A stretch of 64,000 bases of DNA from Nannocystales bacterium (GTDB lineage Bacteria; Myxococcota_A; Polyangia; Nannocystales; Nannocystaceae), in the NCBI GenBank assembly GCA_050633305.1, contig JBOEGF010000012.1:59487-123486 (forward strand), in the 5' to 3' direction. Under the pieces are notes generated by a model. The model saw only the letters and a list, made by a program, of their open reading frames with translations. It did no database searches and was not told the DNA's origin. Numbering within the stretch: position 1 is the stretch's first letter; the number at the start of each line of letters is the position of its first letter. A program made the position numbers and the translations under genes. Shown one piece after another: positions 37,920 to 49,628 of this stretch.

Positions 37920-38465
37920 ATGGACGCAACCAACGACGGGCTCGACATGCTCGGGGCTCTGATCCTCGCGGAACGCGCCCGATGGGTTTCGGTCGCGCGC
38001 GCCGAGGGGCTCGGTCCGCAGGACGCGATCGAGGCCGTGCAGGAGAGCCTCTGCAAGGTTCTGCGCGGGTTGGTGCTCGGCGACACCGAGGTTCCGCGAG
38101 ATCGTCTGGCCGCCTACGTCGCCGTTGTGGTTCGCAACGCGGCCCGCAACGGTCGACGCAGGCATCATCGGGCCCGTCCCCACGTCCCCCTCGACGAGCT
38201 CGACGAGATGGTTCTCGCCGATGAGCAGCCGGACTCCGAGGCGCTCGTCGCTCGCGCCGAGGAGCACGTTCGATTGCATGCTTGCGTTGCACGACTCTGC
38301 GATACGCAGCGCGCAGTCGTCACGTTGCGCCTGTTGGAGGAACGGGCGGGGGAGGACGTCGCGGGGACTCTGGGCATCACGCGGAACCACGTGGACGTGT
38401 TGTTGCACCGCGCCAAGCGTCAGTTGCGAAGCTGCTTGATCGAAGAACGTGTGACGCACGCCTGA
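37920..38465 (+). CDS. ECF sigma-70 factor
   Basis: Region 2 DAIEAVQE...VVRNAARN; region 4 QRAVVTLR..EDVAGTLGIT..VLLHRAKRQL. Confidence 0.9.
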   Translation: MDATNDGLDMLGALILAERARWVSVARAEGLGPQDAIEAVQESLCKVLRGLVLGDTEVPRDRLAAYVAVVVRNAARNGRRRHHRARPHVPLDELDEMVLADEQPDSEALVARAEEHVRLHACVARLCDTQRAVVTLRLLEERAGEDVAGTLGITRNHVDVLLHRAKRQLRSCLIEERVTHA

Positions 38466-38501
38466 GACCACATGCGTGCCCCGTGAAGGCTATCCTGAGG
38501 C

Positions 38502-39416
38502 ATGCCCGAGCTCCCGGACGTCACGGTCTACGTCGAGCTGCTCCAGCAGAAGCTGATCGGGCATCGGTTGCAGGGCATCAAGCTGCGATCGGTGTCGTTG
38601 CTGAGCACGTTCGACCCGCCGCACTCAGCGGCCTACGGCAAGCGGGTGCTCGGTGTGCAGAGGCTGGGGAAACGCATCGTGTTCGAGTTCGAGGACGACC
38701 TCTTTTTCGTGCTGCACTTGATGCGGTTGGGTCGCTTGCGCTGGGCCGACCCCGACAAGAAAGCGAAGAACGCCGCGGGCAAGGTACTGCATGCGGTGTT
38801 CTCGTTCGACTCGGGCACGCTGCACTTGGTCGAGATGGGCGCCAAGAAGCGGGCGAGCCTGCACGTCGTCCGCGGGCGTGAAGCGGTGGCCGAGCACGAC
38901 CGTGGTGGTCTCGAGGTGTTCGAGATCGATCTGGAGTCTTTCGCTGAGCGACTGCGACGCAAGAACCACACCCTCAAACGGGCGCTGACCGACCCCCGGA
39001 TCTTCAGCGGCGTCGGTAATGCCTACAGCGACGAGATCCTCCACGCCGCCAAGCTGTCTCCGATCAAGCTCACGAAGAAGCTCGACGATGACGAGGTCGA
39101 GAGGCTTTTTCAGGCCACACTCAGCACGCTCGCGCTCTGGACCGATCGCTTACGGGCGGAGGCGGGCGCGAAGGGCTGGCTCGAGAAGGTCACCGCGTTT
39201 CGCCCAGACATGGCCGCGCACGGAAAACGTGGGGAACCCTGCCCGGTCTGTGGTGCCAAGATTCAGCGGATCAAGTACGCCGATCGTGAGACCAACTACT
39301 GCGCGGTGTGCCAGACCGGGGGACGGCCCCTGGCGGATCGAGCGCTGTCGCGGTTCTTGGGGAAGGATTGGCCCAAGACGCTGGAGGAACTCGAAGAGCG
39401 CCGTGGCGGCACGTGA
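38502..39416 (+). CDS. Fpg/Nei family DNA glycosylase/AP lyase
   Basis: N-terminal MPELPDV, RLGK, HLM, H2TH GVGNAYSDEIL, zinc finger CPVC...CAVCQ. Confidence 0.92.
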   Translation: MPELPDVTVYVELLQQKLIGHRLQGIKLRSVSLLSTFDPPHSAAYGKRVLGVQRLGKRIVFEFEDDLFFVLHLMRLGRLRWADPDKKAKNAAGKVLHAVFSFDSGTLHLVEMGAKKRASLHVVRGREAVAEHDRGGLEVFEIDLESFAERLRRKNHTLKRALTDPRIFSGVGNAYSDEILHAAKLSPIKLTKKLDDDEVERLFQATLSTLALWTDRLRAEAGAKGWLEKVTAFRPDMAAHGKRGEPCPVCGAKIQRIKYADRETNYCAVCQTGGRPLADRALSRFLGKDWPKTLEELEERRGGT

Positions 39417-39456
39417 GCGGGTGGCAGGCGTCCGGGTTTGCGCTACACAGTCGGGG

Positions 39457-39810
39457 ATGCGCGCGCCTCTCGTGCTGTTGTTGCTCGCCGCTGGGTGTGG
39501 AGGCCGCGGCCCCGTCTCGCCCGCGGCGCAGGCCCAAGCGGATGCGATCTGGAGTGAGCGCTGCGCGAACTGTCACGGCCCCCGCGGCATGGGCGACGGG
39601 CCAGGCGCGGCGGCGCTCCCGACCAAACCCCGCGTCCTTGCCGACTCCACATGGCAGTCGCAGGTCACCGATGAGCACATCGCCACCGTCATCACCGATG
39701 GGGGCAAAGTCTTGGGGCTCGACGCCAACATGGCTGCCAACCCGGATCTCAAGGCGAAGCCCGAGGTGCTGCGCGGCCTGGTGCTCAAGGTCCGCTCGTT
39801 GACGCCGTAG
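39457..39810 (+). CDS. Monoheme cytochrome c lipoprotein
   Basis: Lipobox AAGC; CANCHG..G.GDG; distal Met (NMAA). Confidence 0.85.
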   Translation: MRAPLVLLLLAAGCGGRGPVSPAAQAQADAIWSERCANCHGPRGMGDGPGAAALPTKPRVLADSTWQSQVTDEHIATVITDGGKVLGLDANMAANPDLKAKPEVLRGLVLKVRSLTP

Positions 39811-39887
39811 CGCCCAGTCCAGGTCGCGCCGGTGTGGGTCGGTTCGGGTCGGTCCACCCAGGGCGTGCGTAGGGCTATAGTGCCGCG

Positions 39888-41495
39888 GTGTCCGCTTGGC
39901 TTCAGGCCCGCCGCACGACCGCGCTGGCCGGGCTCGCGTTTCTCGGGTCGCTCTGTTTTGGCCTGGCCTCGCCTCCGAGTTCTGTACCTGTGCTCGCGTG
40001 GTTGGGATTCATCCCCCTGCTGCTGGCTGCGACCGGGATGGAGGGACGTCGTGTTCGCGCCCAGTTCTTCGTCGGCTGGGTGGGCGGGCTGTGTACCGGG
40101 TTGGTGGGCTTCCCGTGGATCGGACACACACTGGAACGTTTCGCCGAGTTTCCCGCATGGCTCGCCGCTGTGGGCACGTTCCTGTTCGCGGCATACACAG
40201 CGGTCCCGTATGGCCTGTGGCTGATCGCACTGGCCAGAGGACCCAAGGCGGGTCCGTGGCGGTTGTTGTGGGCTGCCGCCTCGTGGGTGGGTCTGACGTC
40301 CTTGTGGCCCGCCTTCTTCCCGTACACCCCGCTCATCGGCCTCTCACAGCTCCCCCCGTGGATTCAGGCGGCGGAGTTGGGTGGGGTGCCGGCGGTCGAG
40401 TGCATCGTCCTCGGGTTCGGCTATGCCGTCGTGTCGGCGGCGCTCTCGGGGACGATGCGGGCGCGCAGCGTCGCGCTCGGTATCGCAGTCGCCATCCCCT
40501 CGCTGACCTGGCTTGCAGGGACATGGCGTCTCGAGAGCCTCGACGCCCAAGCCGAGGGCGCACCCGTCGTGCGATTCGGCATCATTCAACCAAACACGGC
40601 GCTGTTCGCCAACCAGCGCATCGACAAGATGAAGCGGCTGTGGTCGATGTCCGCCGCCGCCGAACGAGAGGGGGCCCAGGTCATCGTGTGGCCCGAGGCG
40701 GGGATCTATCCGTGGGTACAGGAGCGACCGTTCCTCAAGGACGGTCACGGACTTCGGCGCGTGCTCCAGGCGCACAAGCTTCCGACGATCCTGGGGGTCG
40801 CGACGCGCAAGCAGGGCGACCCCTACGAGTGGAACACCGCCGTGGTGATGAACGCCGAGGGCGAGGTCGAAGGCACGTTCGACAAGACGGTCCTCGTGCC
40901 CCTCGGAGAGGAGATCCCGATTGTGGATCCCGACTGGGCGCGCTCGATCGTACCCGCGATGTCGCACAACCACGCCGGGGAGGAGCCCGCGCTGTTCCCG
41001 GTGACGCTGGCCGACGGTTCCGCCTCCTACGGGGCGGGCCCGCTCATTTGCTACGAGGATATTTTTGGGGACTTCGCGCGCGAGGTCGCGGGTCAGCCAG
41101 CGGGCATCGAGTTCTTCGTCAACGTGACCATCGACACCTGGTTCGGCGACACCGCGGAGCCTTGGGAACACCTCGCCCTGGCGCAGTTCCGCAGCGTGGA
41201 GCACCGGATCCCCATGGTCCGAAGCGTCGCGGCGGGGGCGAGCTCGGTGATCGATCACGGCGGCCGTCTGGTCGCTTCGGTTCCTGTCACCGATCCCTTG
41301 CCCGGGCATCCGATCCCACCGCAACGCCTGGTCCACGACGTGGCGCTGCCGAGAAACACCGCGCGCTCACCGACGATCTACGCGCGTGGGGGCTGGCTGC
41401 TGGGTCTGCTGTGTTCCATCGCGACCGTGTTGGTGCCGCTTGCTGCCGTCGTTCGGAGCAAGTATCGTCCGCGCGCGAGCGACGCGACCTCCTGA
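39888..41495 (+). CDS. lnt: Apolipoprotein N-acyltransferase
   Basis: N-terminal TMs; IQPN, VWPE, DKTVLVPLGE, ICYED, WFG, FRSVE. Confidence 0.92.
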   Translation: MSAWLQARRTTALAGLAFLGSLCFGLASPPSSVPVLAWLGFIPLLLAATGMEGRRVRAQFFVGWVGGLCTGLVGFPWIGHTLERFAEFPAWLAAVGTFLFAAYTAVPYGLWLIALARGPKAGPWRLLWAAASWVGLTSLWPAFFPYTPLIGLSQLPPWIQAAELGGVPAVECIVLGFGYAVVSAALSGTMRARSVALGIAVAIPSLTWLAGTWRLESLDAQAEGAPVVRFGIIQPNTALFANQRIDKMKRLWSMSAAAEREGAQVIVWPEAGIYPWVQERPFLKDGHGLRRVLQAHKLPTILGVATRKQGDPYEWNTAVVMNAEGEVEGTFDKTVLVPLGEEIPIVDPDWARSIVPAMSHNHAGEEPALFPVTLADGSASYGAGPLICYEDIFGDFAREVAGQPAGIEFFVNVTIDTWFGDTAEPWEHLALAQFRSVEHRIPMVRSVAAGASSVIDHGGRLVASVPVTDPLPGHPIPPQRLVHDVALPRNTARSPTIYARGGWLLGLLCSIATVLVPLAAVVRSKYRPRASDATS

Positions 41496-41522
41496 CGGTC
41501 GGCGGCGCAGCCCCGTATTCCC

Positions 41523-42890
41523 ATGCATGCGCCCCCGTCCAAGACCCAAAGTCGCGGCGCCTTCGGCTCCCGACTCGGCTTCATTCTCGCGGCTGCTGGC
41601 TCGGCGATCGGCCTCGGCAACATCTGGCGGTTCCCCTACACCGCCGGCGAGAACGGTGGCGGCGCCTTCGTGCTGCTGTATCTGCTCTTCGTCGTCGGCC
41701 TCGGGCTGCCCGTGCTGCTCGCCGAACTGTCGCTGGGGCGTGCGAGCAAGAGCAACCCCGTCGGTGCGTTCAAGCGGTTCTTCCCCAAGACGCTGTGGCC
41801 CTACGTCGGCGGCCTGGGCGTGTTGACCGGGTTCGGCATTCTGGCGTTCTACGTCGTCGTCGCCGGATGGAGCCTGTCGTACCTGGGCCGGGCGCTCACC
41901 GGGACGTTCGATGGCGCAATCACTGCGGAAGAGTCGGGGGTGTTGTTCAAGTCGATCATCTCCAACCCGACCGAGACCGTGGCGATGGCCGGTGTTTTCT
42001 TGGTGCTGACCGCCGCGGTCGTGCGCGCGGGGGTGGGGGGAGGCATCGAACTCGCCTCCAAGATCCTGATGCCGATCTTCTTCGTGCTGTTGCTGGTGCT
42101 CGCTGGGCGTTCGTTGACGCTCCCTGGCGCGGACGAGGGCGTTGCGTTCTTGTTCGGAACCGACTTCAGCAAGCTGACCGGGCAGGGCGTCATGAGTGCG
42201 CTTGGCCAGGCGCTGTTCAGCCTCAGCCTGGGCATGGGCGCGATGATCACCTACGGCTCGTACTTGCCCGACAAGGAGAACCTGCCGGTTGCAGGGGCGG
42301 CGGTCGCATTCTTCGACACCGCGATCGCGTTGCTCGGCGGTCTCATCATTTTCCCCGCGCTGTTCAGCCAAGGCGTCGCGCCCGACGAAGGGCCTGGCCT
42401 CGTGTTCGTGGTCCTGCCGACGATCTTCCACTCGCTTCCGATGGGACATCTGTTCGCGGTCGCGTTCTACGGGTTGTTGTCCATCGCCGCGCTCACCTCG
42501 ACCATCAGTCTGATGGAGGTCGTCGTGGCCTACTTCGTCGACGAGCGAGGATGGAACCGCAACAAGTCGGTTTTGGTGCTGGTGCCTGCGACGCTGGTGC
42601 TCGCGATCCCCTCATCCCTGTCGCAAGGCGGCGTGGACTTCTTCACGGACTTCATCGCCGGCAAGGGGTTCCTCGACACCCAGGACATCCTGTTCGGCAA
42701 CATTTCCTTGTCGGTGGGGGCGCTGCTGATCTCGCTCTTCGTCGGATGGAAGTGGGGCGCGAAGGAGGCACTCGAGGAGATGGACAACTTCTCCTTGGGC
42801 GCGGTCTGGTCGATTCTGATTCGGTTTGCGGCCCCGATCGCGGTGGGGGCGGTGCTGGTCACCTTCGTCGTCGGACTGTTCGGCGAGTGA
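41523..42890 (+). CDS. Sodium-dependent transporter, NSS (SNF) family
   Basis: GSAIGLGNIWRFPY, NGGGAF, QALFSLSLG, YGSY, GPGLVF, AALTSTISL. Confidence 0.95.
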   Translation: MHAPPSKTQSRGAFGSRLGFILAAAGSAIGLGNIWRFPYTAGENGGGAFVLLYLLFVVGLGLPVLLAELSLGRASKSNPVGAFKRFFPKTLWPYVGGLGVLTGFGILAFYVVVAGWSLSYLGRALTGTFDGAITAEESGVLFKSIISNPTETVAMAGVFLVLTAAVVRAGVGGGIELASKILMPIFFVLLLVLAGRSLTLPGADEGVAFLFGTDFSKLTGQGVMSALGQALFSLSLGMGAMITYGSYLPDKENLPVAGAAVAFFDTAIALLGGLIIFPALFSQGVAPDEGPGLVFVVLPTIFHSLPMGHLFAVAFYGLLSIAALTSTISLMEVVVAYFVDERGWNRNKSVLVLVPATLVLAIPSSLSQGGVDFFTDFIAGKGFLDTQDILFGNISLSVGALLISLFVGWKWGAKEALEEMDNFSLGAVWSILIRFAAPIAVGAVLVTFVVGLFGE

Positions 42891-43606
42891 ACGTCGTCCT
42901 CCTCGAGCCCGGCGAGGTGCGCTCCGACGGTGGTGCGTCGTTGGATGGTCGCCGGGCCGAGCATGTCGCCAAGGTTTTGGGCAAAGCTCCCGGCGATGCG
43001 CTGACCGTCGGGGTCCGTGGCGGAAAGCTCGGGTCGGCGCGCGTTGTTTCGAGTACGAAACAAGCGCTCGAGTTGGAGGCTTGTGTTTTCGAGCGCGAGC
43101 CCGCTCCGAAACGCCCGATCACGCTGGTGCTCGCCTTGCCGCGCCCGCCCGTGTTTCGCCGGTTGCTGCAACACGTCACCGCACTCGGCATTGAGCGGCT
43201 CGTCTTGCTGCACACGCGTCGGGTCGAGAAGAGTTACTGGATGAGTCCATCGCTGGAGCCCACCGCCATCGATGCCCAGATTCAGCTTGGTCTCGAACAG
43301 GCGTTGGACACTGTGGCGCCACAGGTCGAGCGGGCGCGGGGGTTCAAAGCGTTCGTCGACGAGCGACTGCCCGAGCTCGCGCACGACGCCCGGGTCTTGG
43401 TGGCGCATCCGGGTCCGTTTCCACCGTGCCCGGTCGATACCGCGGGCCCTGTGGTGTTGCTCGTGGGCCCTGAGGGCGGGTTCATCCCCTATGAGGTGGA
43501 GCGGTTGACCGAGGCGGGCGCGCAGGGGGTTTCGCTGGGCCCCCGCATTCTTCGGGTCGAAACCGCGACGTTGGCGTTGTTGGGCCGACTCGGCGCTTCC
43601 GCGTAG
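42887..43606 (+). CDS. rsmE: 16S rRNA m3U1498 methyltransferase RsmE
   Basis: GTG start overlapping the upstream stop; LALPRP, VEKSYW, LEQ, VGPEGGF, LGPRILRVETA. Confidence 0.92.
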   Translation: MNVVLLEPGEVRSDGGASLDGRRAEHVAKVLGKAPGDALTVGVRGGKLGSARVVSSTKQALELEACVFEREPAPKRPITLVLALPRPPVFRRLLQHVTALGIERLVLLHTRRVEKSYWMSPSLEPTAIDAQIQLGLEQALDTVAPQVERARGFKAFVDERLPELAHDARVLVAHPGPFPPCPVDTAGPVVLLVGPEGGFIPYEVERLTEAGAQGVSLGPRILRVETATLALLGRLGASA

Positions 43607-43690
43607 CGGCACGAGCGCTGTCCGAGAAGGCGGGGAACCCAGAGGGCTCCACGGTCGACGCCTCGGCGGGTGCCGTGTATGAGGGGTCCG

Positions 43691-44551
43691 ATGGTTCAGC
43701 TGATCGTCACGCATCCGGGCGGCGCCCACAAAGACGACCTTCTTGCCGCCTGTGTACTCGCAGCCCAGCACGGAGCGCCGATCGAGCGGCGTGACCCGAC
43801 CGCCGAAGACCTCGCAGATGCGGGGGTCGCGGTAGTCGACATCGGCGGCGCGCACGAGCCCGAGCGGATGAACTTCGACCACCACCACTTCGAACGGGAG
43901 CACCCGCCCACCTGCGCGCTGAGTCTGGTGCTGCAAGCCCAGGGCTTGTATGACGACGCGAAGCGCTTCTGCGATTGGCTGGAGCCCGCCGAGTGGTTCG
44001 ACAGCCGCGGACCGAACAAGACGGCGACCTGGCTCGAGGTTCCCCGCAAGGCGATCTCGCAGCTCAACTCGCCCATCGACATGACCCTGCTGCGGCGGTT
44101 CGCGGGGCAGTCGAGGCACGAGCCGGGGCAGCCGCTGTACGCGTACATGCAGATGGTGGGACAGGATTTGCTCGCCTACCTCTCCACCGTCCGCGCCCGC
44201 ATCGCCTTCGTGCGGGAGAACGGCGTCCGTTGGCAGGTCCCTGCTGGCGACGACACCATTGAGGTGGTCTTCCTCCCTCGGACCGAACCGCCCTCGGACG
44301 AGCCGAGTGCCGCGGCCAAGGCCTACGTCCGCGCCGAAGGGCTGGAGGATACGGTCGCCGCGATCGTCTACCCGGATCGGCGTGGCGACGGCTACGGTAT
44401 CGCGCGCTACGAAGATCACCCGCGGCTCGACTTCAGTCGCGTCCAGTCCGAGGACGACGTGCACTTCGCCCACAAGAGCGGCTTCATGTGCAAAGTGACC
44501 GCAACGACGCCACAGCGGCTGCAAGCCCTCATCGTCGCCGCTTGGAGCTGA
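43691..44551 (+). CDS. MYG1-like (DHH-type) hydrolase/exonuclease family protein
   Basis: IVTHPGGAHKDD, VVDIGG, FDHHH, FAHKSGF. Confidence 0.75.
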   Translation: MVQLIVTHPGGAHKDDLLAACVLAAQHGAPIERRDPTAEDLADAGVAVVDIGGAHEPERMNFDHHHFEREHPPTCALSLVLQAQGLYDDAKRFCDWLEPAEWFDSRGPNKTATWLEVPRKAISQLNSPIDMTLLRRFAGQSRHEPGQPLYAYMQMVGQDLLAYLSTVRARIAFVRENGVRWQVPAGDDTIEVVFLPRTEPPSDEPSAAAKAYVRAEGLEDTVAAIVYPDRRGDGYGIARYEDHPRLDFSRVQSEDDVHFAHKSGFMCKVTATTPQRLQALIVAAWS

Positions 44552-44585
44552 ACGGCGCGTGCGGCCAGGTGCTACAACCGCCCTC

Positions 44586-45728
44586 ATGACGCGCTCGTTA
44601 CGGTGGTTGCGTTGCTCGGCTCTCCTGCTTACCCCCGCCGCATGTTTCGGCGGCGAAGGCACGCTTGGAGCGGCCTGCGAGCGAGACGGGGACTGCGGGG
44701 CGGAGCAGAGCTGCCAGCGCGAGATCTGTGGCCTTTGCGGCGACGGCGTGGCACAGGCCGGGGAGGTGTGCCTCGACGGTCCCCAGAGCAGTGAGGCACA
44801 ACCCGCGGGTGCCTTGTTTGTCGCGCTCGCGGATGTGGACGGCGACGGCGCGGCGGACCTCGTTTGGCCCGCGCCCAGCGGACTCGCGGTCGCGCAGCGA
44901 GTGGACGACGGGTTCGCGGGGGCGCAGGAGCGGCCGTTCGATGTCACGGCGCTGTGGTCTGGAGATGTGGATGGCGACGGCGTTGCTGAGTTGCTCACAC
45001 GAGACACCAGCGGGGGCGCAGCGTTGTGGCGTCCCAACGCTGCGGGCGAGTTGCAGGAGGCCGCCGAGCTCGACCTCGAGCCGCTGCGGAACCTTACGCA
45101 TGCGCTCTTGCACCCGGACTTCGGCGTCGTTGGGCAGGTTGGCAACACGCTCGTCCGTGTCGACTTCGAACTCGACCCGTCGACGGTCGAGCTCGGGGAG
45201 GACGTCACACACCTTCGAGCGGCGCCGTCGTTGAGCGACGGCGTGTCGTTTGACCTCGTAGCCGTCACCGATGTTCAGGCTCTAGTCCCGGTGCTCGTCA
45301 CCGAAGGAGGACTGGAGCTTCAGCCCGAAATCTCGCTCCCGGAGACGGCCCTCGACATCGCGACGACGCGGTGGAACGGGGATGCGTTCGGGGATGTGGC
45401 TGTGTTGTACGACACTGGGCAGGTTCAGCTTTGGCTGGGGACAGGGAGCGGCGCTCTCGTTGAGGGGCCCAGTGGTGCGGCTGCACTGTCCAGCGAGCGC
45501 CTCGCGGTGTTCGATGTCAACTCCGACCGTTCGCCGGACGTCCTCGTCTTCGGTCCCGAGTCGAGCATGCGACTGCTTGTTCATCGTGGCGCCGAACTCG
45601 ACGGTGCACTCGAGTTCGCAGACACCTCCGCGTGGTGGGTTACACCCCTCACCGTAGGCTTAGACCCGTTCGTGGACCTCGTGGTCTACGACGGCACCAG
45701 CATCTCCATCCTCAGGAGCGCACCATGA
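44586..45728 (+). CDS. FG-GAP/VCBS repeat lipoprotein
   Basis: PAAC lipobox, small Cys module, DVDGDG..DL repeats. Confidence 0.75.
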   Translation: MTRSLRWLRCSALLLTPAACFGGEGTLGAACERDGDCGAEQSCQREICGLCGDGVAQAGEVCLDGPQSSEAQPAGALFVALADVDGDGAADLVWPAPSGLAVAQRVDDGFAGAQERPFDVTALWSGDVDGDGVAELLTRDTSGGAALWRPNAAGELQEAAELDLEPLRNLTHALLHPDFGVVGQVGNTLVRVDFELDPSTVELGEDVTHLRAAPSLSDGVSFDLVAVTDVQALVPVLVTEGGLELQPEISLPETALDIATTRWNGDAFGDVAVLYDTGQVQLWLGTGSGALVEGPSGAAALSSERLAVFDVNSDRSPDVLVFGPESSMRLLVHRGAELDGALEFADTSAWWVTPLTVGLDPFVDLVVYDGTSISILRSAP

Positions 45729-46174
45729 TCTTCCGCCAGCTCTGCGCCGCATCCTTGGTTCTCTCGTTGAGCACGCCGGCGCTTGCCGCAGAACCTCCTA
45801 CGCCGCAGGTCGAAGCTTCCCCCGCACAGACGTCACCCGGCCGTCCGATGGCGGTCGCCGGGAGCGTTCTGATCATGGCCAGCGCCGCGGGTTACATCGC
45901 GATGGCCGTGGGCCTGGGGATCGGGTCCAACGCCGACGCCGAGCTGGGTTCGCTGGGCTCGTCCGACGACATCGAGCGGCGGCGCGAGGTCATGGACCGA
46001 GGCCAACTGGGCAATCGGCTCGCCCTGGGTGCGGGCTTGGCCTCCGCCGCGTTGATGGCCACGGGAATCGCGTTGGTCGTTGTCGGGCGTCGCAGGGCGC
46101 AGGAGCATCGAGCGACCCTTGGCTGGCTGCCGCTCGAGCGTGGCGCCGGGCTTCAGCTCGGCGCGCGGTTCTGA
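45725..46174 (+). CDS. Hypothetical membrane protein with signal peptide
   Basis: ATGA overlap; two hydrophobic segments; C-terminal GLQLGARF. Confidence 0.65.
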   Translation: MIFRQLCAASLVLSLSTPALAAEPPTPQVEASPAQTSPGRPMAVAGSVLIMASAAGYIAMAVGLGIGSNADAELGSLGSSDDIERRREVMDRGQLGNRLALGAGLASAALMATGIALVVVGRRRAQEHRATLGWLPLERGAGLQLGARF

Positions 46175-46200
46175 GAGACCCGGATGCCCCTCGGGCCTCG

Positions 46201-46908
46201 CTAGGGGATCTCGGCGTAGAACGTGGAGCTGAAATCCGCGGTCGTGCTGCCGTCGTTCGAGGTCAGTGTTGCGCTCAGGACCCCTGCCACGACGCCCGAG
46301 CTGTGTACGTCTGCCTCGGTCAGGTCCAACGTCCCGAACGCCATCGAGGGATCGAAGTAGCTCTGCCAGGCAGCGCCGACCTCGTTGATGTTCATGTAGA
46401 CGCCACTGAAGTCCTGGCTGAGCGCGACCTCCCCGGCCGCCGCAGAGGTGGGGATGGTGACGGACCAGACCGTGTAGCCACCGGCTTGTTGGTAGCGCAC
46501 GAGCACGCCGTCGGGGGTCAGGGTCGCATCGCAGAACGTACGGTCCTGCATGCTCAGCGTCTCGGAGTCCCCGCCCTCGGTGTATGTGATCTCGGTCATC
46601 GCCCACTGGCCGCGGGGGAGGGCAGGGCCGGTTTCGCCGCTGCCACCGGTTTCACCACCGGTCGAGTCATCACCCCCGCCGGAGGTGTCGGAGGGCGGGC
46701 CGCCGCCGGTCTCCTCGCCCGTCGTCCCGGAGGTGTCGGAGGTCGAGCTCGTGGCACCGGATGTCGAACCCGGGGCTACGGGCCCCGTGCTGCCCATGGC
46801 TGCCGCAGTGTCGGTCCCCGACGCGTCGGCCGCGGAGTCGTCGGAGTCCGTCCCGTCCCCGCATGCGAGGGGGAGGCAGCTCAGACCGACGAAGAAAAGG
46901 CGGCGCAT
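46201..46908 (-). CDS. Hypothetical lipoprotein
   Basis: MRRLFFVGLSCLPLAC, T/S/G linker, beta-rich C-terminal domain. Confidence 0.7.
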   Translation of the reverse strand: MRRLFFVGLSCLPLACGDGTDSDDSAADASGTDTAAAMGSTGPVAPGSTSGATSSTSDTSGTTGEETGGGPPSDTSGGGDDSTGGETGGSGETGPALPRGQWAMTEITYTEGGDSETLSMQDRTFCDATLTPDGVLVRYQQAGGYTVWSVTIPTSAAAGEVALSQDFSGVYMNINEVGAAWQSYFDPSMAFGTLDLTEADVHSSGVVAGVLSATLTSNDGSTTADFSSTFYAEIP

Positions 46909-46957
46909 GTCATTCCTGACGCGCGCCGCCTCACCCGGTTGCAGTGCTTTTCTGGGC

Positions 46958-48706
<1,749 letters not shown>

Positions 48707-48752
48707 TTTGTTTGCGTACTATCGTTGGTAGACTGCGGCGACGCAACCCGCC

Positions 48753-49448
48753 GTGCCGGTCTATCAACTCCCCAAAGATCTGGTGTTCCCAGATCCTGCG
48801 CTGGCCGACGACGAAGGCCTGTTGGCGGTCGGTGGAGACCTCTCCCCCGAGCGCCTGGTGCTCGCGTACCAACACGGGATTTTCCCTTGGTACAGCGAGG
48901 GGCGACCCATCTTGTGGTGGTGCCCGCGCCCCCGCCTCGTCCTGTTGCCCGAGGAACTGAAGATCAATCGCAGCCTTCGCAAGGCGATTCGACGCGCGCC
49001 CTACCGCATCACGCTCGACACGGCGTTCGATGCGGTCCTGGGCGCGTGTGCCGAGACACCGCGACCCGACCAGGGCGGCACGTGGATCACCTCCGACATG
49101 CGCGCCGCCTACAACGAACTGCACCGGTTGGGGATTGCCCATTCCGTGGAGGCTTGGCAGGGAGACAGGCTCGTCGGCGGCCTGTACGGGCTGGCGTTGG
49201 GGACCGCGTTCTTCGGCGAGAGCATGTTCGCACTGGCGCCCGATGCTTCGAAAATCGCGTTCGCCACCTTGGTTCAGCAACTCCATGCGTGGTCGTTCCG
49301 GCTGGTCGACTGCCAAGTCGTCACCGAGCATTTGGTGCGCTTCGGTGCGCGGGAGTTCGAGCTGGGCGACTTCCTGGGCCAGCTCGAGGTCGCGACGCAA
49401 GACCGGCACCGCAAGGGCCCGTGGCGCTTCGACGCCGCGCTGCTCTAG
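48753..49448 (+). CDS. aat: Leucyl/phenylalanyl-tRNA--protein transferase
   Basis: GLLAVGGDL, AY..GIFPW, TWIT, AHSVEAW, LVGGLYG, FFGESMF, DASK, DCQ. Confidence 0.96.
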   Translation: MPVYQLPKDLVFPDPALADDEGLLAVGGDLSPERLVLAYQHGIFPWYSEGRPILWWCPRPRLVLLPEELKINRSLRKAIRRAPYRITLDTAFDAVLGACAETPRPDQGGTWITSDMRAAYNELHRLGIAHSVEAWQGDRLVGGLYGLALGTAFFGESMFALAPDASKIAFATLVQQLHAWSFRLVDCQVVTEHLVRFGAREFELGDFLGQLEVATQDRHRKGPWRFDAALL

Positions 49449-49628
49449 AGCGCCGACCGGCTTGAAACGGCCTGCAACGCACGCCTCTGGTCACTTCTGG
49501 CTGCGTTGCTCGGCGCTCGACGGACCGGGAACACGGTGAGCGCTGAACGACACCACCACAGCTCGCCCCAGGCGTGCACTGGCGGGCGTGTTTTGGCGGT
49601 TCGTCTCTTTTGCAGCCCGCGGCTCGCC

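Noticed and set aside
39457..41495. lnt and cytochrome c as members of the rSAM lipoprotein cluster
   Set aside because: They are separated from the cluster by the convergent thioredoxin and the ECF/fpg unit; lnt is a housekeeping gene and nothing in the sequence links it.
39896..43606. 1236-aa ORF suggesting a giant fusion
   Set aside because: It is an off-frame Arg-rich read-through across lnt and the NSS transporter; only the last 239 aa (RsmE, GTG at 42887) look real.
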